Part shown: positions 63,801 to 64,000 of the stretch, piece after piece
Numbering within the stretch: the first letter of the stretch is position 1
Layout: each line of letters starts with the position of its first letter
DNA from: Octopus sinensis
Taxonomy: Eukaryota
NCBI RefSeq assembly: GCF_006345805.1
Contig: NC_043014.1
Span: forward strand, 14,694,001 to 14,758,000
Direction: 5' to 3'
DNA length: 64,000 nt
Translations under genes and position numbers: made by a program
The notes under the pieces: generated by a model
What the model saw: only the letters and a program-made list of their open reading frames with translations
What the model was told of the DNA's origin: nothing
Database searches by the model: none

Positions 63801-63850
63801 GTGGCCGTTCGCCAGCCTCGTCTTGCACCTGTGTTGGTGGCACATAAAAT
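60843..63850 (+). repeat. ~3-kb tandem array of 8 units (about 325-460 bp) with nested ~30-bp subrepeats and a dimeric higher-order repeat
   Basis: Each unit starts GTGAAAATCAAA(T/C)CAAA at ~60857, 61260, 61707, 62033, 62493, 62819, 63179 and 63514. The subrepeat GACACTTGTGAAGACCTGTTGAGGCAAGTGTGT occurs 1-5 times per unit. Confidence 0.95.
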
Positions 63851-64000
63851 CACCCACTACACTCTCGGAGTGGTTGGCGTTAGGAAGGGCATCCAGCTGT
63901 AGAAACACTGCCAGATCTGACTGGCCTGGTGCAGCCTTCGGGCTCCCCAGACCCCAGTTGAACCGTCCAACCCATGCTAGCATGGAAAACGGACGCTAAA

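Noticed and set aside
60843-63850. CRISPR-like appearance of the ~30-bp hairpin subrepeats, and the many overlapping ORFs in the array
   Set aside because: There are no unique spacers and no cas genes, and the context is eukaryotic. The ORFs are repeat translations in all frames. CTGTTGAGG...GTGAAA is not a hammerhead because the A of the core and stem II are missing.
63845-63905. Possible HDV-like ribozyme in the ...GGTTGGCGTTAGGAAGGGCATCCAGCTGTAG retroposon tail
   Set aside because: I could not build a convincing nested double pseudoknot by hand (no P1). An RNArobo or Infernal HDV search would be needed.

Overview
AT-rich, repeat-saturated eukaryotic intronic DNA, most likely from an octopod/coleoid cephalopod. 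That assignment comes from my recognition of the SINE families and the dense microsatellite landscape, not from a database search. The host gene is on the minus strand: 11 internal exons of cytoplasmic dynein-2 heavy chain (DYNC2H1, retrograde IFT motor, tail/linker region). They total 1778 nt, splice in frame through GT-AG introns of about 1-18 kb, and the gene runs off both ends of the window. An intact, intronless FAM162-family ORF (7454-7894, +) lies antisense inside one intron. The introns hold tRNA-derived SINEs, RTE-type LINE fragments, mariner, maT (DD37D) and Tigger-like DNA transposons, Helitrons, many fold-back palindromes, and a ~3 kb higher-order tandem array at the right end. The most notable unannotated signal is a set of type I hammerhead-ribozyme motifs (CUGANGA-stem II-GAAA-palindromic stem III-UH) from several repeat families, typical of Penelope-like retroelements and retrozymes. 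Three look catalytically complete (540-625 -, 21152-21253 +, 25180-25262 +) and about nine more copies are decayed. Other oddities: a 29-bp patch identical to a dynein exon inside an intronic repeat, and a ~630-bp inversion that splits a maT transposon.
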